From assembly GCF_009914755.1 (NCBI RefSeq), contig NC_060941.1: 64,000 nucleotides of DNA; one strand, written 5' to 3'. Source of the stretch: the human T2T-CHM13v2.0 reference genome, Homo sapiens. The notes under the pieces were generated by a model. The model was not told where the DNA came from. It did no database searches and saw only the letters and a list, made by a program, of their open reading frames with translations. Below are positions 12,840 through 28,520 of this stretch, one piece after another (the first letter of the stretch is position 1; each line of letters starts with the position of its first letter). The position numbers and the translations under genes are program-made.

Positions 12840-15800
12840 TTAGCCACAGGCCCCTCTGATGCCAGGCCCTGGGCAACTGCCCTCCTCACCACCCATGCAG
12901 CCGGTCCGTTTCTCGGTAAAGACTTTTCTAGAAGTGTCAGCTATGGGTCAAGGCTTGGGAGAGGGGCCAAGAGAAGACCTAGCGGATGGCAGGAAGAGGC
13001 ACCTGCTGAGCTTTGGGAAGTTCCCTTAGGGCTGATGTGGGGGCTTCCCTGCTGGGCGGCAGACCACATAGCTGTGCGGGTTCTTCTTCAGCCAAGAATC
13101 ATGCATGGCTCCTGCCACTGTGTGGGACGGAACCCCGTGACCAGGAGTGGGGTCTCCTGGCAGGCAGCACACCCCACGATGCCCCCCAGGAAGCCGAGTT
13201 TGTAACTCCTCCTGTTAAGGGAGCCCTGTGGTCAGGGCCAGGACCCTCCCTCCTCTTGAAGATGCCAGCAGAGCCCTGGCTTGCAAGAACTTGATGTGTG
13301 CGTTTGCCTGACCGGGAGTCAGGCGACTGGTGTGTCCTGGACACCTGCGAACCAGGCAGACGCTTCTTCACCGGGAGCTCCGGCCCCGGTGGGGCTGGGG
13401 CTGGGGCTGGGGCTGGCCTCCCACCTGTTTGGTAGCGGTAGCATCATCTCAGCCAGCACTCAAGTACGTGACAAAGTCATGCAGAGCTGGCAGGGGAGGC
13501 ACAGGAAGACCCTGTGGTCCCGGGCTACCAGAATTCTGTTTGGGGGATATGGGGTCGCTCCTGGCAGAGGTGGGGGGCATGGGAAGCTGAGCTGTTTTCC
13601 CTCGAACGTCTGCTGAAAGTTTTCTGAACAGTTCCATACCTCGTTGTAAGATCAGAGCTTGCCAGCTGAAAATGAAGGACATTCACTGTTTCAGGAGGTG
13701 GCCGGGGTGGCTGCTGAGGCCTCCGACCTCCCTCCTGCAGAGGCCACAGGCTGAGTGGGTCCCCACATTGGCCCTGTCTGGCCCTGTCTGCACCGGTGAT
13801 CTGAGGACCCTGCCACCGTCAGGAGAGAACTCTGAGTCCGAGAATCTAAAGTTGACTTAAGAGGTGAAAAACACGATGAGGAGGAAGAGATGGCAGTCAC
13901 CTCCCTCTAATCCCTGCACCCCGGCCCCACAGCCCCTTCATCCTCACCACCCCGCAGGCTGCCAGCGAGAGGGAGGAGGGAACCAGGTGCAGCCCCCCTG
14001 CAAGAAAGCCAGACTGCCCCCAGGCAGGCCCTTCATGTCTTCGCCTTCTTATCTTCATCTCACAGAGGCAGCTGGGCTCAGCACAGTCCCCCCAAGGAGA
14101 CCGAGGTGGGGACCCCTGGGGAGACGTCCTCGGGCCCTGCAGCAGGGTGGGGGGCCGGAGCCAGGCTGTGAACAAAGACCAGGTAAGGAGATAAATCAGC
14201 TGCCCGATCACATTTCCTGCCCTGAAAGCTCCTGTAAAACATGAGAGAAAATTGACCTGTCAGGGGAATAGATGGGCCCAGATAGTGGCCGCCCGCCCCG
14301 GGCCAGCTTCCCTCCACCCATCCCACCTGCACAGAGCGCCCCTGCCCGGCCTGGGCAACCCCAGAGGGAACCCAGGCCCGGGGAGAGGTGGCCCCCATCC
14401 AGGCCTCCTGTGGGGGCTCTGCTCCCAGCCCCCACCCTTTGCATGCCCCTGACAGACGAGGCCCAGCTGCTCAAGCCCATCAGGCTATAAAACGGATGGA
14501 GACCAGGGGCGGTGTCAGCAGACAGCTAGAGTACCTTTTAAAAAATGTAATCTCTTTTTATTTCCCTCCCCTGCCCTCCCTCCTCCCTCCAGACCATAAC
14601 CTCCCCGCCACCCCTCCCCTCTTCCTGCGCAGCCCTGACCTTGGTGCACAGACCTTGGTGTGGGGTGGCCGGAGGCTTCAAGGACGCCCTCCTCACCTTG
14701 AGAAGCATCGGGCTCAGCCAAGCTAGCCTGTGGGGGCAGGGAGAGAGGGAAGCAGAGCTGATGTGGACAGGCTGTACCCCCCCCAAGGTGACCCCACCAC
14801 CTGCAACTCCCCCAGCACCGGGGTGGCCTGGGAGTGCCAGACGGGGCCCCTGCCTGAGGAACAGGATGGGAGGCCTCTGCAGTCAGCTCCTCCACATGAC
14901 GGAGGGGCACCTCTGGCCTCCCGGGGCCGCACAGAGCCAGGCTGGCCTCCAGCTCAAATGTTCCTCACCCAATCCCGCCGCAGAGCCTCCACTCTCTCTC
15001 AGCCCATCTTATGGCTGAGGCCAGGGAGGTCGGCAGGCTCGGGAGACTACCTGGTGTCCTGTTAGTGGACACCATGCAGGGCCTGGGACCCCAGCTCTGC
15101 CTGGTCCCCACGCCCAGGCCCTGCCAGCCCTACAGTAGTACCACGTTAGAGCCCCGGCCTGCAGGGGCCATGCTGTGACGGCGGGTCCTCAAGCGGAGGG
15201 CTCCCAGCTGCCGCCAGTCAGAGGCATCAGGCTGCCTCAGGGAAGTCCCTTCTCCAATGCCTCTTTGGCCGCACAGGGAGCCCCTGTGTGTCCCCCGCCC
15301 CCCAGGGTCTCTGCTGGACAAGAGGCTGCAGCAGCCGACCGGGGCCAAATGCATCTTCTTCATCCTCCCTCAGGCTCAGCTGGGAAGGAAGGTGCTGAGA
15401 GGAGGGGAGGTGGCCTCTGAGCTCACTCAGGCCTCCCCAGCCACCCAACACTGCCTCCAGGTCCCGTGGGCTGCCCAGCTGGCCCCAGGGGACAGCCGAG
15501 TCCATCCACTGGCACACGCCGGAGTCTGACCAGTAACCAGGCCTGACCAGCCGACCCTTCCCCTCCATCCCCTCCTGAACAATGGCTCTTTCAGCACATG
15601 GGCAAGAGGCCACTGGCCAGCAGGAGCAGGCAGATGACTGACAGGGCCAGAGGGAGTGGGAAAGAGGCTGGAGCTCCAGCCCAGGGGTGGCGGGCAGCCA
15701 GGGAGGGCAGCCACGCGCCATCCTTAGGGCTGGGGGCCGACAGAGGGTCCCTGAGGGTTGGGAGAGTAGGGAGGACCCAGGGCCTGGGGTGGTGACAGGG

Positions 15801-17187
15801 CACAGGTTGAGGAGCGTTGCGCAGGGCAGGGTTGGGTTGCACCCACGCTCTCCCCAGCACCTGGCAGCTCCCCGAGGCTGAGGCCTCTGGGGCCCCAGAG
15901 CTGCCCAGGTCTTCTCGGCTTCCCGGCCTCAGCCTCCCCTCACCCTGCCCTGCCCTGCCCCAGGCATCACTCCCTCTCCTGGGACCTCCCAGACCTTCCT
16001 CTGGGCTCCACACGTGGCAGGGACTCTCCTGCCCCAGGATCCTCCCCAGGCGTTGCCCGGAGTGAGGACTGTTCTAAGCAGCCTCACCATCCACCTGGGA
16101 GCACAGGCTGGGGTCCGGAGCCTCCCCTGAGGGTCTGGTGCGGGGGACAGTAAGAGTTGAGGGTATATCCTTGTCTCTTACGTGTGTGTACACATGTACA
16201 CACACGTACTCACATGCACACCTCATGCACGTGGTCTTTTCCCACCTGCCCCCGTCAGTCTGCTGTCCCAGACCCTCACACTGGGGCTAAGGGTGTGCTT
16301 GGCTGCGAGGGGAAGCGGGGACTGTCTGGCAGCTGCATGGGCTCTGCCAGTCTGGGGCGCTGTGCGAGGGATGGAGGCTACAGGGGCTGGAGGACAGGCA
16401 AGTGGCAACGCGGAGCCATAGCCCTGCAGGAGCCGGCCGGAGGGGGTCCCTCTGCCTCGGCTGCCTTCTCCGTCCTCCCTCACTGCTGTTCCTACAGCCC
16501 CTGGCAGGGCCGGCGGCCTAGGGACCCTGAAGGGCAGGCCCGCAGGACTGGTCTTCACACTCTGCCCGGGGCAGCCCCACCCCCTGAGTCCTGTCCTGTG
16601 CAGTCCTCTTGCTGCGTTGGTGAGATGTCTCAGAAGGCAGAATGGGGCAGATTTGCTTTCTTCTGTTTTGTGGTTTAAGCTTCATCATGCCAGCCCTGGC
16701 TCCCTGGCCCTGAGCCCTGGAGGGGCCCTGGCTCCTGCCTCAGGGTCCCTCCAACCCCACTGCTCAGCCCAATTGTGAACTCTCTGTTCGTCCATCGCCG
16801 TTGGGTTTATAGTCTCTGGCCGCTGACCCTGGCCAGGTGGCCCTTGGCATTCTGTCCAGGACACCTGTCTGAGGGTCCCCTCCACACCCCAGCCCTTCCT
16901 CCACCTCCACTCTGCCTGAAATCCATGATATTAACTGCTCAGTCCCGTGGGGCCCAGGTGCAGACTTATGTAGGGCAGGCCTGGGCTCCCCAGGGCCCGG
17001 CTGACGGGGAAAAGCAGGTTACAGTCACCACGCCTCAGGGCTGGGCACATTTATAGAAGCAGCCAGGAGCTGCTCATGGACTCTGGGATTTCAAGGCCTC
17101 CCTGGCATGGGCAGGGTGATCCGCGCTTGAATAAGTGAGTCATGCCCAGTGTCACTTCAAAGCCCCGAGTTCCAGGGACTCACTCTA

Positions 17188-17577
<390 letters not shown>

Positions 17578-17984
17578 TTATTTTTCCATATCTCCAAAAA
17601 ATTAAGTTTTCTAACTCTAATGGAACCAAGAGAAACTCATGAAGCCAGCAAGGTTAGGTTCCCACATGTGGACTGGCATATTCGGGGCCACCCGTCTGGG
17701 GGTGTGGATAGAGTAGGGAACCATCTGGAGATAAATATGTCATGGGGACTTAGGAGCTTGGGAACAACCAAGTCCCTTGCTGTCCCTGGCTGGGCCCTGG
17801 TCTTGCCACACCTGGGAGATCCCATGGCTCCTCTTCCTCTCGCCCCTCAGGACTGGCTTGCCGGAGCCTGCCCCCTGCACGGGCCCTCGTGGGGGCTCCC
17901 TGCCTGCCTACGCCTGACCCCCATCCCCCGAGTGGAGCCGGACAGGGCTGCCTGCAGCTCTGTCTTCCGAAACACACCTCTCTC

Positions 17985-18335
17985 TCCCACAAAATAATTT
18001 AATGCAGTTTAATGCCTTGAAGTTGATGTAAAAATTACAGGCGTGTGCGGGTGGGGTGGGGTGGGGGCCTCGTAAGAAATTCTTTTGAAAATATAATTGA
18101 GTTAATGGAGCCATAACTATGTCTCATTTTGGGGGTAATTGGCCTGCTTTTTGTCACCCTGTCCATTTACATACTCCTGTTTTCTTTTTGCTATTGATTT
18201 TTTCTTTATAAAGTGGGCCACTTTACTGCAATTTTTAAAGCCCCGGTGATGAATAAAACCTCATCTTCCCACTCATTAAGACACAAGAATTAGCCGGGCT
18301 CAGGGCCCAGCCAGTCAATTTGTTTAACAATCCCA
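17985..18335. promoter_or_regulatory. Candidate developmental enhancer / conserved non-coding element
   Basis: AT-rich island without repeat signature, dense in TAAT/TAATTG, AATAAAA and TGTTTAAC sites, inside GC-rich DNA. Confidence 0.5.
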
Positions 18336-18980
18336 GGCTGGCCGTGTTTTGGTGGAGACCAGGGGCTGCCTGCCGCAAGAGGGGCTAGAGCCGCTGCCAG
18401 AAGGTGGCCCCAGGCGAGGGGTCCCCCTCAGGGGAGGAGTCTGCCGCCTCCGCCTGCCCCGGGACCTTGACCTTGGGACACCCCTCCCTCTCCCCATCTC
18501 CCTCCCTTGCTAAAGGCTTCAGCAGCCTTGGACCCCTCGGAGTTGGCCTCACTGCGGCTGTGATCCAGAGGCCCCACCCACCTGCCTCTCAATGCAGATC
18601 AAGGTCACACTTCCTATAGAAAATTTTTTTTTAATTATAAAATCCATGCACACACAAAGCAAATGAAGCCAATGGCACAATGAGATTTAAAGCAAAAAGT
18701 AGCAAACCCCTCCCCCGGCAGGCTCCAGAGAGACGTGTATGAATGGCTGGCTCCTTATTCCCCTCCCAGGCACTGTGCATGCGGAGAGGTCCATTCTACA
18801 CGCATCAAATCCTCACACAGTTCGAATCCTGCCATACCTGCCACTCGCAACTTGGCGTTCCGTTTAATTTCATTTACTGTCACATGGACATCGTCCATAG
18901 TAGTACCGAGACCCACACGCCATGTTTCATGACTTTGTAGTATTTCTCTGCCTGTCCACTCTGTAGGGTATTTGGAGTCA

Positions 18981-19255
<275 letters not shown>

Positions 19256-19633
19256 TTATATGTATTTGCCCAGTTGTACTGTTGGACATTTAGGTTGCTT
19301 CTAATTTTTCAACATAACAAAATGTCACTGCAAAGCACACCTCTGTTCATGTAGCTTTGTGACCTTATGCAAGTATATCTGGAAGATAAAATTCCTAGAA
19401 GAACAAATTACCAGGTGAAAGCCACGCAGATTTCAAATTTTGATTGATGTTGCCAAATGGCCCAGCAAATGCGTGCCAATGTGCACATCCCTCCTGCCCA
19501 GGGATGAGAACCTGCCTGTTTCCCTGCATCTATGGCAAAGCAGGATATTGTAAGTCATTTTGATCCTTGTCATCTGATAGGTGACAAATAGAATGTTGGA
19601 TTTTAATTTTAATCGGCTTTATTGAGATATACT

Positions 19634-19957
19634 TTATTTTTTAATTTTTAAATTTATTTTTATTTTTATTTTTTGACACGGAGTCTCGCTCTGTCACCCA
19701 GGCTGGAGTGCAATGGCATAACCTCGGCTCACTGCAACTTTTGCCTCCCGGGTTCAAGCAATTCTCCCTGCCTCAGCCTCCTGAGTAGCTGGGATTACAA
19801 GTGCCTACCACCATGCCCAGCTAATTTGTTGTATTTTTAGTAGAGATGGGGTTTTGCCATGTTGGCCAGGCTGATCTCCAACTCCTGACCTCAGGTAATC
19901 CACCCACCCCAGGCTCCAAAAATGCTGGATGACAGGCGTGAGCCACTGTGCCCAGCC
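19634..19957 (-). mobile_element. Alu (AluS-like)
   Basis: Full reverse dimer. Confidence 0.95.
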
Positions 19958-19971
19958 AAGATGACACTTTA

Positions 19972-20239
<268 letters not shown>

Positions 20240-20457
20240 TCAGAAAGTTCCTCCAGGCTCCTTTTCAATCTCCTACTGAGTTTCAGTCCCAGGCAACCAT
20301 GGGTCTACTTTCTGTCACTATAGGTTCGTTTTGCCCTTTCTAGAATTTCATAGAAATGGAGTCAGGCAGCACACTCTGGCTTCATTGGCTCAGCACTGCG
20401 ATTTGAGATTCATCCGTGCCATTTCATGTACCGACAGTTCTACCTCCCAGCTGCCAA

Positions 20458-20681
20458 GCAGCCCCCGCAGTCTGGGTGCCCCCCGTGTGGCAGCCCCCGC
20501 AGTCTGGGTGCCCGGCGTGTGGCAGCCCCCGCAGTCTGGGTGCCCCGCGTGTGGCAGCCCCCGCAGTCTGGGAGCCCCGCGTGTGGCAGCCCCCGCAGTC
20601 TGGGTGCCCCGCGTGTGGCAGCCCCCGCAGTCTGGGTGCCCCGCGTGTGGCAGCCCCCGCAGTCTGGGTGCCCCGCATGTG
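20458..20681. repeat. 32-bp GC-rich minisatellite, 7 copies
   Basis: Unit GCAGCCCCCGCAGTCTGGGTGCCCCGCGTGTG; period checked (20461 vs 20621 = 5x32). Confidence 0.97.
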
Positions 20682-21028
20682 CACCCTCACCTGCTGGTGG
20701 GCATTTGGCTTGTTTCTTCCAGTTCATAACATAGAGCTGTTATGAACACTTGTGTATGAGGCCTTGTGTGAATCGTGTTTTCACTTTGGGGTAAACACCC
20801 AGGAGTGGAGTGGCTGGGTCACACGGTAGGTGGATGTTTAATTTTTTCTCTCACTGCCAAACTGCCTTCCAAAGTGGTTGCACCATTTACGTTCCCACCA
20901 CAGTATGAGAGTTCCAGTTCCTCTACCTCCTCACTAGAACCCGACAGTGTCTGCCCTACTGATGTTAGTTACACTGGAAGGGGTGCGGTGGTATCTCACT
21001 GTGATTCTAATTTGCATTTCCCTGATCA

Positions 21029-21400
<372 letters not shown>

Positions 21401-21479
21401 TCAAACATTTTGTGTAATACACTTATTTCTGGTTATGGCTTTTGGGTTTCATCACAGTTTCCTTTAGTACCCCAGTGAC

Positions 21480-21811
<332 letters not shown>

Positions 21812-23188
21812 TTACTTTTAGGAGTTTCCAGTGCGATGGAGCCAGCGCCCAGGCTCATGACCCCCACCCCAGCTTTCTTCACTCTGGCCACATGGCTTGT
21901 CTTCAGAGCTTTGTGGAAAGCTGTGCAGACAGGCACCTCTGTCCACCTGGGGCACCGATGCCATGCCAGGGCCTGTCCTGCAGCTACTGGGGTCACAGCC
22001 CTCCAGGAGTCTGGGCAGAAGACAGTGTTTATGCTGCACCTGAAACCGCTTTGCCTGTTTCTCACTCACAGAGCTCCCCTCCGGTCAAAAGCTCTGGAAC
22101 CCAGGGCATGAGCCCACATGCAGGAAGCTAGGGCCCAAAGGGGAGAGAGCTGGCTGCGGGGAGAGGCCAAGGCCGCCCAGCAGGGAGACAGAGCGACGTC
22201 TCACCCTGACCAGTGAGCCCAAGCTACTTGTCCCACCGGGGCTCAGGAGACCCCATTCGTTGTCCTTCTTCCTGGGTGCAGGGCTGCCTTTCCCAGCACT
22301 CCCTGTGGCCCGGTGCCTAAGTTATGGACAACGGATTGCAAACCAGTGTGGTGGGAAAGGGGACCACAGGAGCCATCTTGGAGGCTGCTTGAGCACCCGG
22401 CCAGCCTGGACCCCCAGGAACTGACAAAGGTGAGGGAAGGGCACCAGCAAAGCCAGGACACCATGGGCTTCTTGGAAATGATTTGATATTTGATGGTTCC
22501 AAACAGCATCAAAGTAATCAATGTGGGAGCAGCTCAGACCTGTGCCGAGGGGGTGGGCACCAGTCGGCACTCCCCACCACCCTTGCTGGGACCTCTCCCC
22601 GCAGCCTGGCTCCCGGTGCCCACCCGCCTTCTGGAGGCCCCAGTCCCGCCTCGCTTCTGCCCGTCGCTCTCACCACAACCCTCCCCGCCCCGGTGTCTCA
22701 CTCATGCCTCACACCTGGACTCTCCAGTGGCGCACACCTTAGAGGGTCTCACATGGGAAGCCCCATGGTGGGCCCAGCCGGGTTCAGCACGTGGGCCTCC
22801 TGGGAGCCGCCCCACACCTGCGCTTCTCAGGGGCGCCCGCTGTGGGTCCTGCTGTGGGTCTGCAGACCACACTTTGAGAGCAGGCTCCCCGGGTGGTGGC
22901 CGACGCCTGTCACCTGTGGCCCCGCTTAACCCACCCTTCACCGGCACTGAGTCCCCCCGCACAGACCCCGGGATCCAACCCCCACTATGCGGAAAGGGAA
23001 GCTGCACTTGGGGTGACAGGAGCAGCAGGTCAGGGGCCCTGCACCAGCTGCTGCCACCGGCCCCTCCACCTCATCCTAGCTGCCCATGGAGGGACTCCCC
23101 CGAATCCGGCCCTGACCCAGCCCCTGACCCTGACCCTGACCCCCCATCCTCACCCGCATCCCCATCCCCACTGGACGCCCCAAAGATC

Positions 23189-23206
23189 ACAGCGCCCTCT
23201 GCTGAC
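23189..23206 (-). promoter_or_regulatory. Candidate CTCF site
   Basis: Minus strand GTCAGCAGAGGGCGCTGT is a near-consensus CTCF core. Confidence 0.55.
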
Positions 23207-24836
23207 ACCGGAGTCCCAATGCTGAGAAGGCTGATTGGCCCAGCTCTGTCAAACCCAGTCACGTGATCAGAGCAGGGCCTCCTCTGATTGGCCATCCTGG
23301 GGGCACTGTGAGTGGCAGCCTGCCAGGCCTTGCTTTTGGGTGGGAGCCGGGTTCCTTCAGCCCCTGCACGCTAGGTGCAAGCCACGACTCCCGCTGCAAG
23401 GGATTCTGGGTGGTGCTGGTGTCCGGGCCTCGGGGGAGCCCTGGACGGAGCCCTCGGTGGTTGAGCTGGGCCCAGAACACCTGGCCTTGGCTGTCCCCTC
23501 TCACTCTGGGGTCACCGGGTCAGGCTCTCCCTCCTACAGGATGCAGTGGACGCAGAGGGGGCTGTTGGCTGAGGAGGGGGTACTTGAGGAACTCTTCTTT
23601 GGGAGTAGAGACAGAGACGTGCTGAGACTGGCTTGGGGGTCGTCCATCCTCAAAATCCCACATGGGCCCCCCAGGTCGCCCCCTCCCCACCTGCCCTGGG
23701 AAATCTCCCAGCAGCTGTTTTCTGGAACAACTGACGGCTGAGGTCAGCTGGAGGTCAGAAGGAGGGTTTGGAGCCCAGGTGGGGGTGAGGATGGGGAGGC
23801 CCCAGGAGGGGTGGGGGCGGCCCGGCCATCCGGGAGCCACAAAGGGCAGAGAGAGTGCAGCGCCGCGGCCAGCAGCCAACGGGGCCGCCAGCAATGTGGT
23901 TTCAATCTAATTGTCCCAAAATATTGTTACAACACAAACCACGTGCCATCCACTCACCTGCAACTAATCAGCAGCAAAGCTACCGAATAAATCGGTTCCA
24001 CACCCTGGGGCCGGGCAGCCCAGCACGTGAACCCGGGTGCCCGGGCTCGGACAGAGGCCAGGCGGCTTTCTGCCGGGGCCTGTTTCCTGTTGGGGCAAGA
24101 ATTGTCAGGACAAGTGTGGGTACGACAGGGGGCTCCTCCTCTCTTTGTGACGCCCCACTTCACGCTGGAGGCAGAGCCAGAAGGAACAGTTCCTCATGTC
24201 ACAGCTGGCCCAGGCCCGAGAGGGTCAGCCAGGGAGTGGGGGGCCGCGCCGGGGGTCTGTCCAGGGTCTGACTGTCCAGGGTCTGACAGCCCAGGGAGTC
24301 CTCAGTGTCCTCTCTCCACCCTGATCATTCTGTCCTGAGATGGTGACCCCGAGGGTCTTCACCCATGCAGGAACATTTGCACGTCCACCCACAGTGACGG
24401 TAAGACCGGCTTCAAGGCCACCGAGGCCTTTGGTGATTATGATTTGAGTGATTCCTCCAACACTCAGAAGAGCTAAGGAGGAAATGGAAGCTGACTGAAG
24501 GCCCTGGAGCCTGGACCCCAGGCCTGGTGCTGGCAGGTGGGGCCTCCCACACTCGGGTCCCTGCCCGGCAGCCTGTACACCGAAGCCCAGCCGGGGTGGA
24601 AACAGGCCCTCCTCAGGGAGCCCGCAGCCGGGCCCAGGCCTCCAGGGACAGCAGACATTCCACCAGTAAGTGTGGGGGCAGCAGGCAGCCCTGACTTCTC
24701 CCGGAGCCTGGGGGACCCCATGGCGGCCTTTCAGCTTGGCCTTGTGGGTAAATGGGGTGCCCACGGGCAGGAAAGATGGCATAACACTGGTTCCACACCC
24801 ACATGGGCTTCACATATGGTCACAGATAAATTCCTT

Positions 24837-25015
24837 GTGAGTTTGAGGATGGCCCAGCATCTCCCAGCATCTGCCAGAAGGAAGGGGCCTCATCAGCTGA
24901 GGTCGCAAGTGTGTGCTGGTGCCTACAACCTCAGCACAGTCGGGGGCGTGTCGGTGGCCGCCGCTGTGGAGGGGAAGCCAGTCCCAGGCTTTGGAGGGTG
25001 CACAGGCCCCTGCCG
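24837..25015 (+). repeat. Left arm of diverged inverted repeat
   Basis: Core 24877-24944 matches the reverse complement of 25690-25758 at 60/69 columns. Confidence 0.9.
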
Positions 25016-25149
25016 CCCTTCCCTACCTGGTGCCTGGGCCACCTGTTTAGTGAGTCTCTCTGAAATCCCAGCACCCACTAGCCACTCAGCAGTAGTGACT
25101 CGAGTTCCCGCACCTGTGCCTGGTCCTGCAGCAGTGGTGGGGAGAGTGA

Positions 25150-25490
25150 TCTGTGAGTGCCCTGAGGCTGCCATGACAAGTGGCCACCAACCCAGTAGCT
25201 TCAAGCAGCAGACCTTTATTGCCTCACAGGGCCACAGGCAGAAGCCCACAGTCAGGATGGCACATAGCTGGTTCCTTCTGGAGGCTCGGAGGGAGATCTG
25301 CTCCTGACTGTCTCAGCTCCTGGGGGCGGCTGGTAGTTCTTGGTGATCACTGGCTTGCGGCGGCGTCACTCTGATCTCTGCTGTCCTCGAGAGACCTTCC
25401 TCCCTGATGTCTCTCCCCTCTCTTCTGAGGACACATGTCATTGGATTTAGGGCCTACAGTAATCCAGGATGATCTCAACTCGAGATCCTT
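25150..25490 (-). mobile_element. MaLR LTR (MLT1-type)
   Basis: GGCTGCCATGACAAGTGGCCAC…TTTATTGCCTCACAG…TTGGATTTAGGGCCTACAGTAATCCAGGATGATCTC. Confidence 0.85.
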
Positions 25491-25609
25491 AAGTGAGGAT
25501 CAGAGATGTGAAGCAGCCTGCCCCAAGGAGGCTTAGCTGGGAAACAGCCGAAGAGTAAAACCTGAAAGGCCACAACAGGTGCCTCATGACAGCGGTCAGA
25601 TGCTTTGTG

Positions 25610-25813
25610 GCATGGCCAGGGACCCGTGCTCCAACCAGGAGTCGCCACAGTCTGAGACTCCCCTCTACAGCGGCCAGCCATGCTGCCCACCCGACTGTGC
25701 AGAGGTGGTAGGCACCAGGCACACCCCTGCAACCTCGGCTGATAAGGCCCCTGCCTTCTGGGGGACCCTGAGATGCTGGGGAGACTGGAGACTCTGGGCC
25801 ATCCCCAAACCAC
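25610..25813 (-). repeat. Right arm of diverged inverted repeat
   Basis: See left arm. Confidence 0.9.
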
Positions 25814-26304
25814 TGCTGTCACTTGAGGCTTAGCATTGCAATGCCTGGGCATCCCTGAGTGCCACCGTGAGCCTGTGTGTCTCGTGACACGTGTGCAGAT
25901 GTTATTCCCGGCACAGATACTGAAGGGCGATGCGTGCACTCAGCAGCCAGGAGGGTTGCAGGGCCAGTGGTGAGAGGACCAGGTTCTGGCTCAGGCTCAC
26001 ACTCTGAGGCCCCCAAAACCCAAACCACGAACCAGGCAAGGCTTCATTCTCAGCCACAGGGGAGGCCACGCCCACCAGCACCTGCCCGACGCCGGGGTCC
26101 ACCTCCAACAGGTTTCTGGCGGTGGGAAAAAGTGGAAGATGCAGGCCAGAGGAAGGATGCTGCCTGACCGACCACAGCCAGCTCTGCCTAGCAGCCCCGA
26201 GAGCAGGCAGAGGAGGGAGCAGGAAGAGACCACAGCTGATCCCAGCCTTCCTGGCCCTGACGATTTCACCTTCCCCATCCAACCTTTGAATGAGAAGCAA
26301 AGTG

Positions 26305-27255
<951 letters not shown>

Positions 27256-27259
27256 CCAA

Positions 27260-28247
<988 letters not shown>

Positions 28248-28399
28248 TGAGGAACACCCAAGAACGGCTCAGGTGAGAGGGGTGGCCTCTAAGACCACAT
28301 GGCCTGGACACAGCCTGGCAGGCAGACCGAAGCAGCCGGGGCTGCCTGGAGGGCCTCAGTTCTGCTCCTCCCCAGCTGCAGGATCTGAGCAGGAGGCCT

Positions 28400-28520
28400 C
28401 CTCACTCTGCGCCTCAGTTTCCTCATCTTTATCTGGGGACGGAGCAGCCTCTACCTCTCAGAGCTAGTTGCGATCATGGTGGCAGCTGAGGCCCAGCCCT
28501 GGTATGCAGTGAGGGTTCAA
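28400..28520 (+). mobile_element. MIR
   Basis: CTCTGCGCCTCAGTTTCCTCATCTTTA. Confidence 0.7.

Noticed and set aside
20331-20745. Repetitive Cys-rich ORFs (PPQSGCPACGSP)
   Set aside because: Translation of a 32-bp VNTR (unit not a multiple of 3) inside L1; not CRISPR because there are no spacers.
23110-23143. (CCCTGA)n telomere-variant-like repeat
   Set aside because: Only ~4 imperfect copies; ordinary microsatellite.
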